A stretch of DNA of 64,000 bases from Haliotis rufescens (Eukaryota), in the NCBI RefSeq assembly GCF_023055435.1, contig NW_025963890.1, positions 15,562,001 through 15,626,000 of the forward strand, written 5' to 3'. This document shows, piece after piece, positions 12,421-25,324 of this stretch. How positions within the stretch are numbered: the stretch's first letter is position 1; each line of letters starts with the position of its first letter. The notes under the pieces are model-generated. The model was not told the origin of the DNA. It searched no databases and was given only the letters and a program-made list of their open reading frames with translations. A program made the translations under genes and the position numbers.

Positions 12421-12786
12421 TAGTGGTGAACAAAATGAATAGTTTGTTTTGTAGAAAATACCCAATGGTAAATGTGTACGTGTTGATAGTGACAATGAAT
12501 AGATTGTTTGATGGTGTTTAGTACATAAATAGTTTGCTGGATACAGCTGGGGAAAAATGGATCGATTTCAAAAACACAACTCCACCATATATAATCAAAT
12601 GGATGCTCCCTATTCTAATAATTGTCTTTCCACTACAACATGCATCAACACGCTTTGCGCTTTAATGGTTGTAGAATATATACGGGACTATGTCATGAGC
12701 TGTGGATAAATATAAATAATGTGGGCATTTCTCTTACAAATTACAACTTTCGTTACTATTCGACAAACGCGTAAACTCGGACTGAC

Positions 12787-12859
12787 CTTCACCTTCCTGA
12801 CACGTGGTCTCAACCTCATCAACTGAGCAGATGAAGTTTTCTTCACAGAGGTCGGATAC
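12787..12859 (-). CDS. SVEP1: SVEP1 exon 12: linker region
   Basis: VSDLCEENFICSVDEVETTCQEGE; aag| acceptor and |gtcagt donor; phase 0-1 bridges exons 11 and 13. Confidence 0.7.
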
Positions 12860-12937
12860 CTTGAACACAACATTTCAAAATCACCAGCTGACACAAAAAA
12901 CATCGAGTGAGTGAGTATGGTTTTACGCCGCTTTAAG

Positions 12938-13180
12938 CGGGGCCGGTCGTCTGAGGCCCCGCGATTCGCTGTGCAGAGTTGCGTTCCTTGGGCACACCAG
13001 GAACCTATGATTGTGGGTTCGGATCCCGATTCGCCCCGATTATGTTTCTAGGTTTGTCAGCACCATACCCGTGCTCGTGGGTTTCACCGAAGTGGTAAAC
13101 GTCTGGGACCTACATCACTTCGGGCTTTCCTCCAAGATTATGCTGGAATACTGTTAAAAGCGGCGTGAAACCTAACTTAA
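12938..13180 (+). mobile_element. SINE family B, 5' joined to an inverted family A tail
   Basis: Matches the 4253 copy; preceded by gagtgagtgagtatggttttacgccgc. Confidence 0.78.
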
Positions 13181-14013
13181 ACAAAACACGGTCGCTGCAC
13201 TCGCTGTGCCGCTCGCAGTCACCTGATCCATACCCAACTATCTTCATGAATTAATCATCGGGATATTGCGATATTTTAAGTGGCGATGACTTAATATTAG
13301 CTGAGATCATGATGCGGAAGGAGTGACTCATATCTAGGCATCCTGCATGGTTTTAGTAGTCTCCTGCTGAATTCAGAGGAAATGCGTATTGTCGTAAAAC
13401 ACCAAACAAGATTACCGCCTCCGTGGCGTAGTGGCGTCTGCCTGTTGCATCCCATATGCGTGCCCTAAACCTATAATTGTTGGTTCGAATCCCAGATTCG
13501 TCTTGATTATGCTCCCAGGTTTCAACACCCGTACTCATTTCATCAAAATGGTAAACGTTCAAGACTTGCATCACATCGGGCTTTCCTTCCACATCAGACT
13601 GAGTGAGTGAGTGGGTGAGTATGGTTTTACGCCGCTTTTAGCAATATTCCCGAAATATCACGGCGGGGGACACCAGAAATGGGCTGTACACATGTCGGGA
13701 ATCGAACCAGGGTCTTCGGCGTGTCGAACGCTTCCACATCAGACTGACACGCTTTGACATAACTAACTGCAGCGCTGTTCAAATCATTGTCAAGCTAAAC
13801 TCATTCACTACTTCCCGTAGACTAGGAGTGAGTGAGTGAGTATGGTTTTAAGCCGCTTTTAGCAATATTCCAGCAATATCACGACGGGGGACACCAGAAA
13901 TAGGCTTCACACATTTAACCCATGTCAGGAATCGAACCCGGGTCCTCGGCGTGACGGGCTAACGCTTTAACCACTAGGCTACCCGACCGCCCCCGCAGAC
14001 TAGGAACACATAC

Positions 14014-14138
14014 CCGCAGGGAAACATTCTTCTTGAAGTTCTCCTCTATTTTGTGCAGGATCTTCTTCTCCCTGCACGGAACCTTTCCCGTGAACTTCAC
14101 CGATGCCGGCTGTACGACATCATTAGAGATTTGCTTCG
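14014..14138 (-). CDS. SVEP1: SVEP1 exon 11: linker region
   Basis: ttttctctacag|...KFTGKVPCREKKILHKIEENF...SLR|gtatgt; phase 1-0 keeps the frame. Confidence 0.75.
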
Positions 14139-14435
14139 CTGTAGAGAAAACGGTGACGTTAAAATATGAGACAAGTCGGTTCTTACGCAGATTATGAAGG
14201 AATATTTTATCCTTGACGCAATGAATTTGTGTGAGTGTGTGTTGGAGGAGGAGGGGTACTGATTATTTGCTTCAGAGTGTTGAAAACAAATTGCCTGGCA
14301 CAAAACAAAAAATGCATTGTTGGAAGATGTTTTTAATCCAAGGCACTGTATATTTAGACGCATAGTTCGTATTTTTGAAAACAACATCTGCAGCTGAAAA
14401 CTGTTCATGTCTGATCTCAGTTCAAATACATCTCA

Positions 14436-14786
14436 GACCGTCTCCGTGGTCTAGTAGTAGAGCGTCCGCCCGGAGAGCGGAAGGTCCGGGGTTCGATCCC
14501 CGGCTGCGTCATACCAAAAGACGTTAAAAGATGGTACTTGTTGTTACCCTGTCTGGCACACGGCATTAAGGGGCTAAAACAAGGACTGGTCCGCTCGGAG
14601 TCAGTATACTGTGTCTGAGTGGGATATTCATGTTAAACTGCGGCATGGTATCTCAGTGTGCTAGCACTATAAACCGGCATCAGTCCGGACTAGTACAAGC
14701 AGCCACACAAGGACACAGGTGCATGCACGTCGCTATATAAGTGCAATAATCCTGGACGCGACGTTAAACCCCATTTCACCTCACCT
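14436..14786 (+). mobile_element. SINE family C
   Basis: TSD aaatacatcYca; lies about 28 nt from the exon 10 donor. Confidence 0.87.
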
Positions 14787-14814
14787 AAAATACATCCCAA
14801 TACACCAATCTCAC

Positions 14815-15006
14815 CTGAACAGTCGGGGAAGGGTACCTTCCCTTGGGGTTCCCAAACATTGTCATAGGCGCACCTGTAGTCCTCTGCAGGGGGTATGGCG
14901 AAGGCGTAACCAGGGTGACACGAGATGGAACAGTGCACAGCCTCATCAGTCTCGTGACACGTGCGGTTACCATTGACAGGCGGTGGCGGGAACTCACATG
15001 GATGGG
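14815..15006 (-). CDS. SVEP1: SVEP1 exon 10: sushi/CCP 4
   Basis: HPCEFPPPPVNGNRTC...CSISCHPGYAF...W...FPDCS. Confidence 0.91.
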
Positions 15007-15844
15007 CTGTCATGTTCATATTAATTATATATTTCCTTTGGATTCATTAAGACAATAGAAAATGGCTTCTTTTGCCACTACCAAAGTTAAGCAATGCACT
15101 ATCGTAGATAATCATATTACTTTATGATGTGTGATAAGAAAAGGTATTTTTCGGCAAAATATAAATTCGATATTTTTTTTAATTTGATGAAAAAAAAGGC
15201 GAAACCCCGATCATCCGGACAGAACCGTTGCCAGTAGATTCGCCCGGACGCACATAATTCCGGATAAAAGAAGTACGTAGAATTACATTTTTAATTATAT
15301 ACAGGCGTTTCAAAAAGCGATCCCCGGAAGGAGGGATTTCCGGATTAACGGATTTCGGTCTTACCATAAATTCATTTAGGGTTTTCCCGGTAAAAACACA
15401 CACACATGTGAAAATTTTAGGTTTTTTTATCACGAGCTGAAGGTAAAGTGTTAGTTTTGCCTAGTTCGGCAACGGTGGTAAATGGACTTTTACAGTCAGT
15501 TAACTTCCTTGCCTCGGGAAGATGACTGTGGACTTGGTAGGTATTTTTCGGATAGTTTGTTTTGCAATATTAACACTTGACCTTCTTGTTTAAATATTCT
15601 CTTGGTTGCTTTCTGTTATACATTAAAAGACAATTTAATAAAGAAAATCGTAACAAAATGTTCATGTCAGGGATTTTTAAGTCCAGTAAAGTGTAGACCT
15701 AGGTGCCGTTGTACAAAGCGATCTTAGCGCTAAGGTGATCATAACTCCCATACCGTAACATAGACTTACGACAGGCGTAACGCTGAGGTTGTTTAGTACA
15801 ACGACACCCAGAACAAGTTTATTTAGATAACACAATTCACCTAC

Positions 15845-16081
15845 GTATGACGCTGATATCCAGGATGCACGTGTTGTTGTTGCCGCTCCCGTCTGTGGCC
15901 GTGTACGTCACCTGGGTTACACCAATCGGAAACCAGCCCTGGTCATGTGACCTAGAGATATTCAGGCCCTCCTCAGAGTTGTCGCTGAACTGTGGCTCCT
16001 CCCACGTCACGTTGCCGTACTTATCAGGGGAGACAACCGATGGTGGCGAGAAACATTTGTCGACAGTCGGAGGGATTGTGT
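15845..16081 (-). CDS. SVEP1: SVEP1 exon 9: HYR domain 2
   Basis: DTIPPTVDKC...TWEEPQFSDNS...FPIGVTQVTYTATDGSGNNNTC; phase-1 donor C|gtaggt fits the next exon. Confidence 0.9.
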
Positions 16082-16242
16082 CTGAAATAAGGAATTATTG
16101 ATGTCTTATAACGAACATTTATGTTAGGTCCAAAGACATGAATCCGTACAGTTGTAATGGTGACACTTTTGGCTTGTATTGTGTAATGAAGCAACAAATT
16201 GTCTAGTAACGAAAGAAAAAAAAAACCTTTTAGAGGTAAAGT

Positions 16243-16509
16243 TGGTGGGTTGGTTTGTTGTTTAACGCCGCACTCAGCAATATTCCAGCTATATGACGGC
16301 GGTTTGTAAATAATCGAGTCTGGACCAGACAATCCAGTGATCGACATCTTGAACATCGATCCACGCAATTTGGATACGATGACATGCATCAACCAAGTCA
16401 GCGAGCCTGACCACCCGATCCCGTTAGTCGCCTCTTACGACAAGCATAGTCGCCTTTTACGGCAAGCATGGGTTGTTGAAGATCTATTCTACCCCGGATC
16501 TTCACGGGT
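16243..16509 (-). mobile_element. SINE-like family D
   Basis: Full reverse copy. Confidence 0.87.
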
Positions 16510-16681
16510 ACTACTACAGCATGTCCGACAATACCCCACATTGACTTAACCCGCTCTAATGCAATTTATCTATAGTTACTTAACACTGATAACTGATGAA
16601 GAAAACGGTGTGGAAACTGCCATTCCTAAATCTTATCATCAGTTCATTTACTCCGATACGATATGAGATTGCACCACTTAC

Positions 16682-16930
16682 CTTTGACCTTGATGGTGAA
16701 CGAGCAGTTAGCCTTGTTTTTGCTGAAGTCCTCCACGATGTAGGTGACGACATTGATGCCGATGGGGAAGCGTGATGAAGGCGACACCGCCGGCTCGGCT
16801 GTCATGGTCGGCAGGAAGCCTGAGTTGTCGACAGACACCGGCACCTGCCATATCACCTCCGCTGTGCTGTCATCAACGCCCGTCTCAGTCTCGATGCTGC
16901 TGGGACACTCAACAAATGGTGGCTTCTCAT
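16682..16930 (-). CDS. SVEP1: SVEP1 exon 8: HYR domain 1
   Basis: DEKPPFVECP...WQVPVSVDNSG...FPIGINVVTYIVEDFSKNKANCSFTIKV; |gtaagt. Confidence 0.92.
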
Positions 16931-19392
16931 CTGGAAGAGAGAGTGAGCGTTTTGAAAAGTATTCCAGTTAAATCACGACATGTCAGTTTGATGTGGGAGG
17001 AAAGCCCGAAGTGATGCAGGTCTTGGACAAGTCCTGCACCATGACCGTGGAATATATTTATTTTATGAAAAATAAATAAATCTAGAAACGCATACAAAAG
17101 CAAGTCTAGCCAGCTCTAGCTAGCTCTATTCCACGTCAGCATAGGGATTTTTTTAATTTTTAGAGTCAAGAAGGATATTGTGTAATATAAGATTTCAGAG
17201 ACTAAATGTTACCACTTCGGTGAAACCGCAGGGCACGATATGATGCTGACAAACCTAAAATCATAATCGGGGCGAACCGGGATTCGAACCCGATATGGGT
17301 TACTTGCTTGCCCAAGGGGCGCAACTATGCACAGAGAATTGCGTCGCCTTAGACGGCTTGGCCTCCCGTGCCCCCTCATCTGGGAGAAGGCTTGTTGAAA
17401 TATTAGGGGACTGAGTGAGTTACTGTTGACGCAACTTTGAACAGTATTTCAGTTATATCACGGCATGTCACCTTAATGTAGAAGAAAAAACGATAACATT
17501 AATTATTGGTGCACAAAACGGAAACCAGTGTAAAACTGAACCGTTACTAAGTGTAGCAATAAATCACTTGTTCCCACCGTGCCACCCCATTGCCGAGCGA
17601 GACAGATATACCATATACATCATAAGTTCACCTTTTTCCGAAATCAAAACATAGGGGCAAACAAGCAGCTTGGGTTATATACTCCCCAGGGAGCTGATAA
17701 TGACCCTCGAATGCTTACTGATTCCTTGCCAACGTAATAATGTGGTGACGAATGTGGTGTCGAATGTGGTGACGAATGGGGAGAATGGAGATACTATACA
17801 CTGGACACTCGAGGATGATGAAACAGTTCACTGTTTCACTGTCAAATATCTCATTCACTTCATATATCAACTTCATATGTCAATCTATGCACACACGTTA
17901 TGGAGCGGAGATTGGCCGGTGCTGTTCGTAAATTTCAATTTGTAGGTGTTTAAGGAATGCCAGTGAGGAAATTGGACCCACATGTACACCTGAATAACAT
18001 TTCCTGAACCAAATACTTCTCTAACATATGTCAACCGATATCTTAGCTTGCTATAAACAACATAAAACACGTCTTGAATGTGGTCTTACATATAATGTGT
18101 AATATACTGAACAAACAAAAACAGGGATCATGAATAATTTTGGGGATATGTTTTATTAAATTTTGCGCTTCTTAACGTCTTCACTACCAAATATATACCC
18201 AACTTAATTTGTTCAGTATTCAACTGCTTTAGCATAAACATATATCTCGTGTCTGAGGAGATGAGAGAATGTATGTTAGAGAATATATGTTAGGTTTAAA
18301 ATTAAAATTCCGAGGAAAAATATTCCAATGTCAAATCAAGAAAAGGTAGAAATCAACTAAGGTTTATTGGAATTGTATACAGAAATGGCAAGTACCAGTT
18401 GAACTTTGCCATGAAGATATTGTCTAAATCGAGTGGAATGAGTGAGTGAGTGAGTCGGAGTTTAGGCTGCGTGTAGCAATAGTCTCGCATACCACGACGG
18501 GGGGCAGTCGGGATGCGCTTCACGTGAATCGAACCCGGATCTTCCGCGTGACAGGTGAACACTTCAACTACTGGGCTACCTCAACACCTCTAAAAGTAAC
18601 GTTCATTGGGATTGGGTATAGTAACATCTCACTGTATTTCTGTGTAGAAATGTCCGACCTAGACATAAACACTTGATATCTCGAACCTGTGTGTAAGTAA
18701 TTAGGATAAAACTGACACGTTTTTGAATCTCTGGATGTCTTAGATTTCGAAAACAATAATGATTCGACACGGGCAAAAGCTGAAATAGATTTTTGCTGCT
18801 TTGGATGAAATAGATCAAATCTATATTGAGGATATTGCAGAAATCCCTAAAAATGGACCCTCTAAGTATCAGATGTCATGACAGTCATGACAGTCAGGCA
18901 AAACACCTGTCAACTTAACCCCTACAGAGCGAGAACATCTGGGTGCCTGGTGGCTCAAGGATTACCAGCACGTCATTTGATCAAGTTGAACATTCATACA
19001 TCAGCACTATACATTAAGTTGTATACATTTGCATCATTAATCCTTTATACCTGATGTAACACTGACTCAAAATCGACATTTTATATGACTTTTAATTATT
19101 AATTATTCAAATTTGAATCGAAGCTGCTAAATTTTGAATAATTCAGATCATTCATCACTCGATATAAGGTATGTCGAATTGTTGCAAAACCCAAACCAAA
19201 AAATTAGCCCAAATTTTCAAAATAACCTATCTGGAACCATATTATGGAAGCAAAGTTAATCTTGTCATAATTGGTAAAAAAAACATGCCCGCGTTGCAAA
19301 CATTGCGAAAAAATATTGTATAAACGAAATTTGAACGAAAACGAAAAAGTAAGTAGGTCTCTGACCTTTTGTGTGACAATGTTACATCTCAC

Positions 19393-19590
19393 CTAAACAC
19401 TCGTTGTACTTGTCTACTGTAGGCGCCCAGTTACCGTCAGGAGTACACTGCATGGTGTGGGGACCGTACATTGTGTAGCCTCGCAGACACGTCATTTGAC
19501 AAGTTGTGCCAAATGATACCTCCCCGGCTGTGCACACGGCAGGGTGGACGCTCCCGTCCTTCAAGGGCGTCAGGGGCTGACACGTGATCT
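19393..19590 (-). CDS. SVEP1: SVEP1 exon 7: sushi/CCP 3
   Basis: EITCQPL...FGTTCQMTCLRGY...CTPDGNW; AG/GT ends. Confidence 0.92.
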
Positions 19591-20014
19591 CTGAAGAAAC
19601 ATGTGAACGATTCCATGTATTAATATGTTTGTAACTTTTCGGTTGATTGAGGTGCAGCATTGATCGTCAAAGTTGTTGTTGTGTATACCCATGTGATCAA
19701 GGTCGAATTTATTTTTAAGAAGCCTGTTAGGAATTACCCCGAGCTCAAACAGCCAGTCAAATCAGAGACCATAAAAGATATTTTATGGTCTCTGGTCAAA
19801 CACAGTGTCTGTTTCTTTGTTTGTCGTTTAGCGCCGCAATCAGCAATATTCCATTTCTATGACAATGGCTAAAAGTAATCAAATCTGGGCAAGATAAAAC
19901 CAGTGGTTGATGTTATGAACACCATCCAACACCATCGGGTTACGATGACGTGCAAGTCAACGAGCCCGACCATCCGATCCAGTTTAGTCGCCCCTACAGA
20001 ATGCAATAGATCGG

Positions 20015-20353
20015 TCCCGAGACGATTCCGGGTTAGAACTGGTCTTCAGCCAACCATGCTTGCCGTAAGAGGCGACTAACGGGATCAAGTGGTTAGGTTG
20101 GACTTGGTTGAAGCATGTCATCATCCATATTGCGTATGTCGTAAGCGGCGACTATGCTTGCCGTAAGAGGCGACTAACGGGATCGGGACTCGCTGACTTG
20201 CTGGATGCATGTCATTGTATCCCAAATGCGTAAATCGATGCGCATGATGTCAATCACTGGATTGTATGGTCCAGACTTGATTATTTACAGACCGCCGTCA
20301 TATAGCTGAAATATGACCAAGTGTGGCGTTAAACAACAAACAAGCAAACAAAA
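20015..20353 (+). mobile_element. SINE-like family D, composite of two copies
   Basis: Head region repeated, one tail. Confidence 0.75.
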
Positions 20354-20564
20354 AGCAATAGAGAGTTAGGGACCAATTCTATCCCGGGTCCACACCTAAA
20401 CAATGAAATTCTACCTTCCTCCAGAAGACAAGTATGCATTTACAGTCTTTGTGTGAAACGAAAAAGGAATGTAGCTTATTGAAGTGATTTTCGTGATACA
20501 AATTTTCAACAATCGTTAAGCCACGTGTATTAAACTATCCAACGACATCGAAGCCCATGCCTAC

Positions 20565-20744
20565 CCCTGCATCTGGTGGGAAGTCCAGTCCAGACTGCAA
20601 TGGCAACACATGTCCTCTTCCTGGAGCCGACTAGCTGGTAGCCGTTGTCGCAGGTGAACCTGCACACGGTGGAGAAGGTGAAGTCGTCGCGGCTGCAGAT
20701 CATCTGTCCGTCCTTCGGTACCGGGAGCGTTGGACACGTCTTCG
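20565..20744 (-). CDS. SVEP1: SVEP1 exon 6: sushi/CCP 2
   Basis: KTCPTLPVPKDGQMICSRDDFTFSTVCRFTCDNGYQLVGSRKRTCVAIAVWTG; 180 nt, phase 1-1. Confidence 0.92.
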
Positions 20745-21095
20745 CTGAAAGAGTGAGTTGGTGTTAACGTCGCTTTGAATGGTATTTCAGTTATGTCACG
20801 GTGTGCCAGCTTGATGTTGGAAGAAAGCCCGAGTTGGTGATGGCCTTTTACGTTTTTAACCTTAATCCAAGCGACAAAACTATTTCAATAATCAGGAGCA
20901 ACCTCTGCTGAAGGCACTTCATTGTACGATTCGGACTTAGTCATAAGCACGTGTTAATGAATTAATATTAAATAGTGATGATACGAGATGTTCGCGGCAG
21001 GTGAGCATACCCCACCAGTGCCTCCCGTCACAAACAAATGCTGAGGCAAGTCCGGCATACGGCAGAGGTACAAATACTCGCGGTTTCCTACGCAG

Positions 21096-23350
21096 GCCAT
21101 ACTCTCGGCTACTTCTGTAGGTCATACTCTCGGCTATTTCTGTAGGTCATACTCTCGGCTACTTCTGTAGGTCATACTCTCGGCTACTTCTGTAGGTCAT
21201 ACTCTCGGCTACTTCTGTAGGTCATACTCTCGGCTAGTTCTGTAGGTCATACTTTCGGCTATTTCTGTAGGTCATACTTTCGGCTATTTCTGTAGGTCAT
21301 ACTCTCGGCTACTTCTGTAGGTCACACTCTCGGCTAGTTCTGTAGGTCATACTCTCGGCTACTTCTGTAGATCATACTCTCGGCTAGTTCTGTAGGTCAT
21401 ACTCTCGGCTACTTCTGTAGGTCATACTCTCGGCTACTTCTGTAGGTCATTCTCTGGGCTACTTCTGTAGGTCATACTCTCGGCTTCCTATGTAGATCAT
21501 ACTCTCGGCTACTTCTGTAGGTCATACTCTCGGCTAGTTTTGTAGGTCATACTCTCGGCTAGTTCTGTAGGTCATACTCTCGGCTACTTCTGTAGGTCAT
21601 ACTCTCAGCTAGTTCTGTAGGTCATACTCTCGGCTAGTACTGTAGGTCATACTCTCGGCTAGTTCTGTAGGTCATACTCTCGGCTAGTTCTGTAGGTCAT
21701 ACTCTCGGCTAGTTCTGTAGGTCACACTCTCGGCTAGTTCTGTAGGTCATACTCTCGGCTACTTCTGTAGGTCATACTCTCAGCTACTTCTGTAGGTCAT
21801 ACTCTTGGCTAGTTCTGTAGGTCATACTCTTGGCTAGTTCTGTAGGTCATACTCTCGGCTAGTTCGGTAGGTCATACTCTCAGCTACTTCTGTAGGTCAT
21901 ACTCTCAGCTAGTTCTGTAGGTCATACTCTCAGCTACTTCTGTAGGTCATACTCTCAGCTAGTTCTGTAGGTCATACTCTCAGCTACTTCTGAAGGTCAT
22001 ACTCTCGGCTAGTTCTGTAGGTCATACTCTCGGCTACTTCTGTAGGTCATACTCTCAGCTAGTTCTGTAGGTCATACTCTCAGCTAGTTCTGTAGGTCAT
22101 ACTCTCGGCTACTTCTGTAGGTCATACTCTCAGCTAGTTCTGTAGGTCATACTCTCGGCTACTTCTGTAGGTCATACTCTCAGCTAGTTCTGTAGGTCAT
22201 ACTCTCGGCTACTTCTGTAGGTCATACTCTCAGCTACTTCTGTAGGTCATACTCTCGGCTACTTCTGTAGGTCATACTCTCAGCTAGTTCTGTTGGTCAT
22301 ACTCTCGGCTACTTCTGTAGATCATACTCTCGGCTACTGGCGTAGATCATACTCTCGGCTACTTCTGTAGGTCATACTCTCAGCTACTTCTGTAGGTCAT
22401 ACTCTCGGCTACTTCTGTAGGTCATACTCTCAGCTAGTTCTGTAGGTCATACTCTCGGCTATTTCTGTAGGTCATACTCTCAGCTAGTTCTGTAGGTCAT
22501 ACTCTCGGCTACTTCTGTAGGTCATACTCTCAGCTACTTCTGTAGGTCATACTCTCGGCTACTTCTGTAGGTCATACTCTCAGCTAGTTCTGTTGGTCAA
22601 ACTCTCGGCTACTTCTGTAGATCATACTCTCGGCTACTGGCGTAGATCATACTCTCGGCTACTTCTGTAGGTCATACTCTCAGCTACTTCTGTAGGTCAT
22701 ACTCTCGGCTACTTCTGTAGGTCATACTCTCAGCTAGTTCTGTAGGTCATACTCTCGGCTACTTCTGTAGATCATACTCTCGGCTACTGGCGTAGATCAT
22801 ACTCTCGGCTACTGACGTTAGTCATATTCTCGGCTACTAAAGTAGGTTATACTTTAGACAACTAAAGTAGCTCATATTCTTGGCTTCTAACTTAGGTCAT
22901 ACTTTCGGATACTAAAGTCGGTCATACTCTGGGCTACTAACGTCGGTTATACTCTCGGCTACTAACGTAGGCTATACTCTCGTCTACTAACTTAGGTCAT
23001 ACTCTCGTCTACTAACGTAGGTCATACTCTCGTCTACTAACGTTGGTCATACTCTCGTCTACTAACGTAGGCCATACCCTCGTCTAGTAACGTAGGTCAT
23101 ACTCTCGTCTACTAACTTAGGTCATACTCTCGTCTACTAACGTAGGCCATACTCTCGGCTACTAATATAGCGTTGTCATACTCTCGTCTAGTAACTTAGG
23201 TCATACTCTCGTCTACTAACGTAGGCCATACTCTCGTCTACTAACGTTGGTCATACTCTCGTCTACTAACGTTGGTCATACTCTCGGCTACTAATATAAC
23301 GTGGTCATACTCTCGGCTACTAATAAAACGTGGTCATACTCTGGGCTACT
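21096..23350. repeat. 25-bp satellite, about 90 copies, in SVEP1 intron 5
   Basis: gtcatactctcRgctaSttctgtag. Confidence 0.95.
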
Positions 23351-23353
23351 CAC

Positions 23354-23533
23354 TGACACAGCTGGCGTCTACACCTGACCAGGTTCCATTCTCCTGACAG
23401 ATCCTCAGACTGCTCCCCTGCAGCTCGTAACCTGGCTTGCACCGTAGTCCACATGCTGCGTTAAACACGTTGTTGCATTTGTTGTTGACGAAGTAGCCGT
23501 TTTCCGGAGGGTCGAGAGCTGGACAGGTGAAAG
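23354..23533 (-). CDS. SVEP1: SVEP1 exon 5: sushi/CCP 1
   Basis: Manual translation [52 protein letters not shown]; tttcag| and |gtgagt. Confidence 0.93.
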
Positions 23534-24310
23534 CTGAAACAAAGATATGTTTTTTGGTGTTTAGCTCTTGACAACATGCACGGGTGGTATGGTGGGTATG
23601 CGTGTTGTGGGTAAGAACGGTGAATGAGTGAATGTTGTTTTACTCCACAGTCAGCAATAGACAAGCTATCGCACAGCGACTTCTCAATATAATGGACTCT
23701 AGGTTGACAGCAGGAACAACGCTCCAAACCGCCGGGAATCAATGACACAGTCAGATGTCACGAACAGGCGGCTCTTGCGACAAGCACGGAGTGGAGAGGA
23801 TTGCTATGTCCCGCTTGTGTGTTTGTTAAAGTCGCCGTCAGCGATACTACAGCTGTATCATGGCGACCTGTTATGATCGAATCTGGACCAGACAAACCAG
23901 CGTGTGAAATTTTGAGAAATACCCGATGCAGTACGATAAAACTAGCAATTAGCCTGACTACCCAATCCATTATAAACTGCCAGGCTAAGCAATATACACC
24001 CATGTTTGATTGTGGCTAAAAATGAAGCCAACAAGAAATGGTTATACGATGGTGATGCATTTGATACGGGCCTAACGTTTGCAGATTTTCGGTGACATTT
24101 TCAGCTTAGTAACGTCATGATAACATTTGTAACCTTTTGTCAAAACCAATTTTTTTCAAGTGTGTAATTTCTTTTGCCGCTGTGTAGTTGAAGCTGGATA
24201 CAATATTATATGGATATCAATAATTTACAACTTATTTGTGGACAATTGGACGATATGTGGCAGCCTTGGAACTCATTTTACGCTTCTTGAAAACTCATTT
24301 ACGTTCTAAC

Positions 24311-24472
24311 CTGCGCACTCCGACGTGTTCATGTTGACGTATCCCTTTTTGCAGCTGCAGTCGGTTATGGCCGCCGTCCCCGAACCTGTCGTCTGATTCT
24401 CATCCGGGCACGGCATGCACATGCTGACGTCGCCGGGACCGCTTATGTTTTTGTACGTGCCGGGGGGACAGG
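24311..24472 (-). CDS. SVEP1: SVEP1 exon 4: ephrin-receptor-like (GCC2/GCC3) repeat
   Basis: ACPPGTYK...CMPCPDENQTT...DCSCKKGY; AG/GT ends. Confidence 0.92.
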
Positions 24473-24584
24473 CTGACAAAATAATTACAGACAAAACAAT
24501 TATACATCAGATGAATCATACATGGGAATTGTTATTCGTCACCCAAAAAATCAAAGTCGTCAACTACATATTTGGCGACATATA

Positions 24585-24680
24585 CTACTCAGAAGAAGTT
24601 AAGGACTACCCGATTCTTCCATATTACTATAATCAATGTCATGCCCTGAATTGGATGGTCCTTAACCTTTTTTGAGTTGC
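24585..24680. mobile_element. About 95-bp Tc1/mariner-like MITE
   Basis: TIR ctactcaRaagaagttaagg / ccttaacYtYttttgagt; relatives near 1620-1720, 9083-9155, 25134-25190, 46290-46345. Confidence 0.6.
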
Positions 24681-25324
24681 ATAATTTAGGAATGGATAGG
24701 CTTTTCTTCTATTTAACTGAACTTGAAGCCCATGAAAAAATCGTTCACACGGCCTGCTTTAAGAGACCGGCAGATCTTTTCATTTTTTAAAGTTTAACAA
24801 GAGTATTTTCAGTGTTTATTTCACTGTTATTTCGTCAAAGGGATAAGTTTAGAGTTTATCCGAGTTCAATACATATTGAGTAACCAGATATCAAGGTACT
24901 TAAGAGATAAACCTTCTGGCTTTTGAAATTTGATGTTGTCCCATTAGATTAGATACCTCTTATTATAATTTGGAACTGAGCGCTTGAGCTTTAAACAAAA
25001 ATATCTTGATAAAAACTCAACTCTTATCATAGCCCGTAAACATTCTTAATTCCCTTCACAGCGATATCAGCGACAGATGGCCCTTGCCAATCCCATGCAT
25101 CGCGCCGTTGCAACGTGTTTATATGGAAGGCATACTACGCAAAAGAAGTTAAAGGACCACCCGGTTCTTCATTTTACTAGTATAGTCATGCATGAAAAAT
25201 GAAGTATGGTAAAATTAAAGAATCGGTTATAGTTGCACTGTGTAAGTACCTCTACACATCAGCTTCTCGCGACCTTGAAATGAACGACCACGTTGTATCA
25301 ATGCGAGTATCTAATAATCTATAA

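Noticed and set aside
16337-16549. Recurrent small ORFs such as MIDI..DTMTCINQVSEPDHPIPLVASY and SGPDSIIYRPPSYSWNIAECGVKQQT
   Set aside because: Chance translations of SINE family D; frames are broken differently in different copies.
21096-23350. CRISPR-like appearance of regular short repeats (also 11967-12420, 43912-44380)
   Set aside because: Head-to-tail tandem units with no unique spacers and no cas genes, in eukaryotic non-coding DNA.
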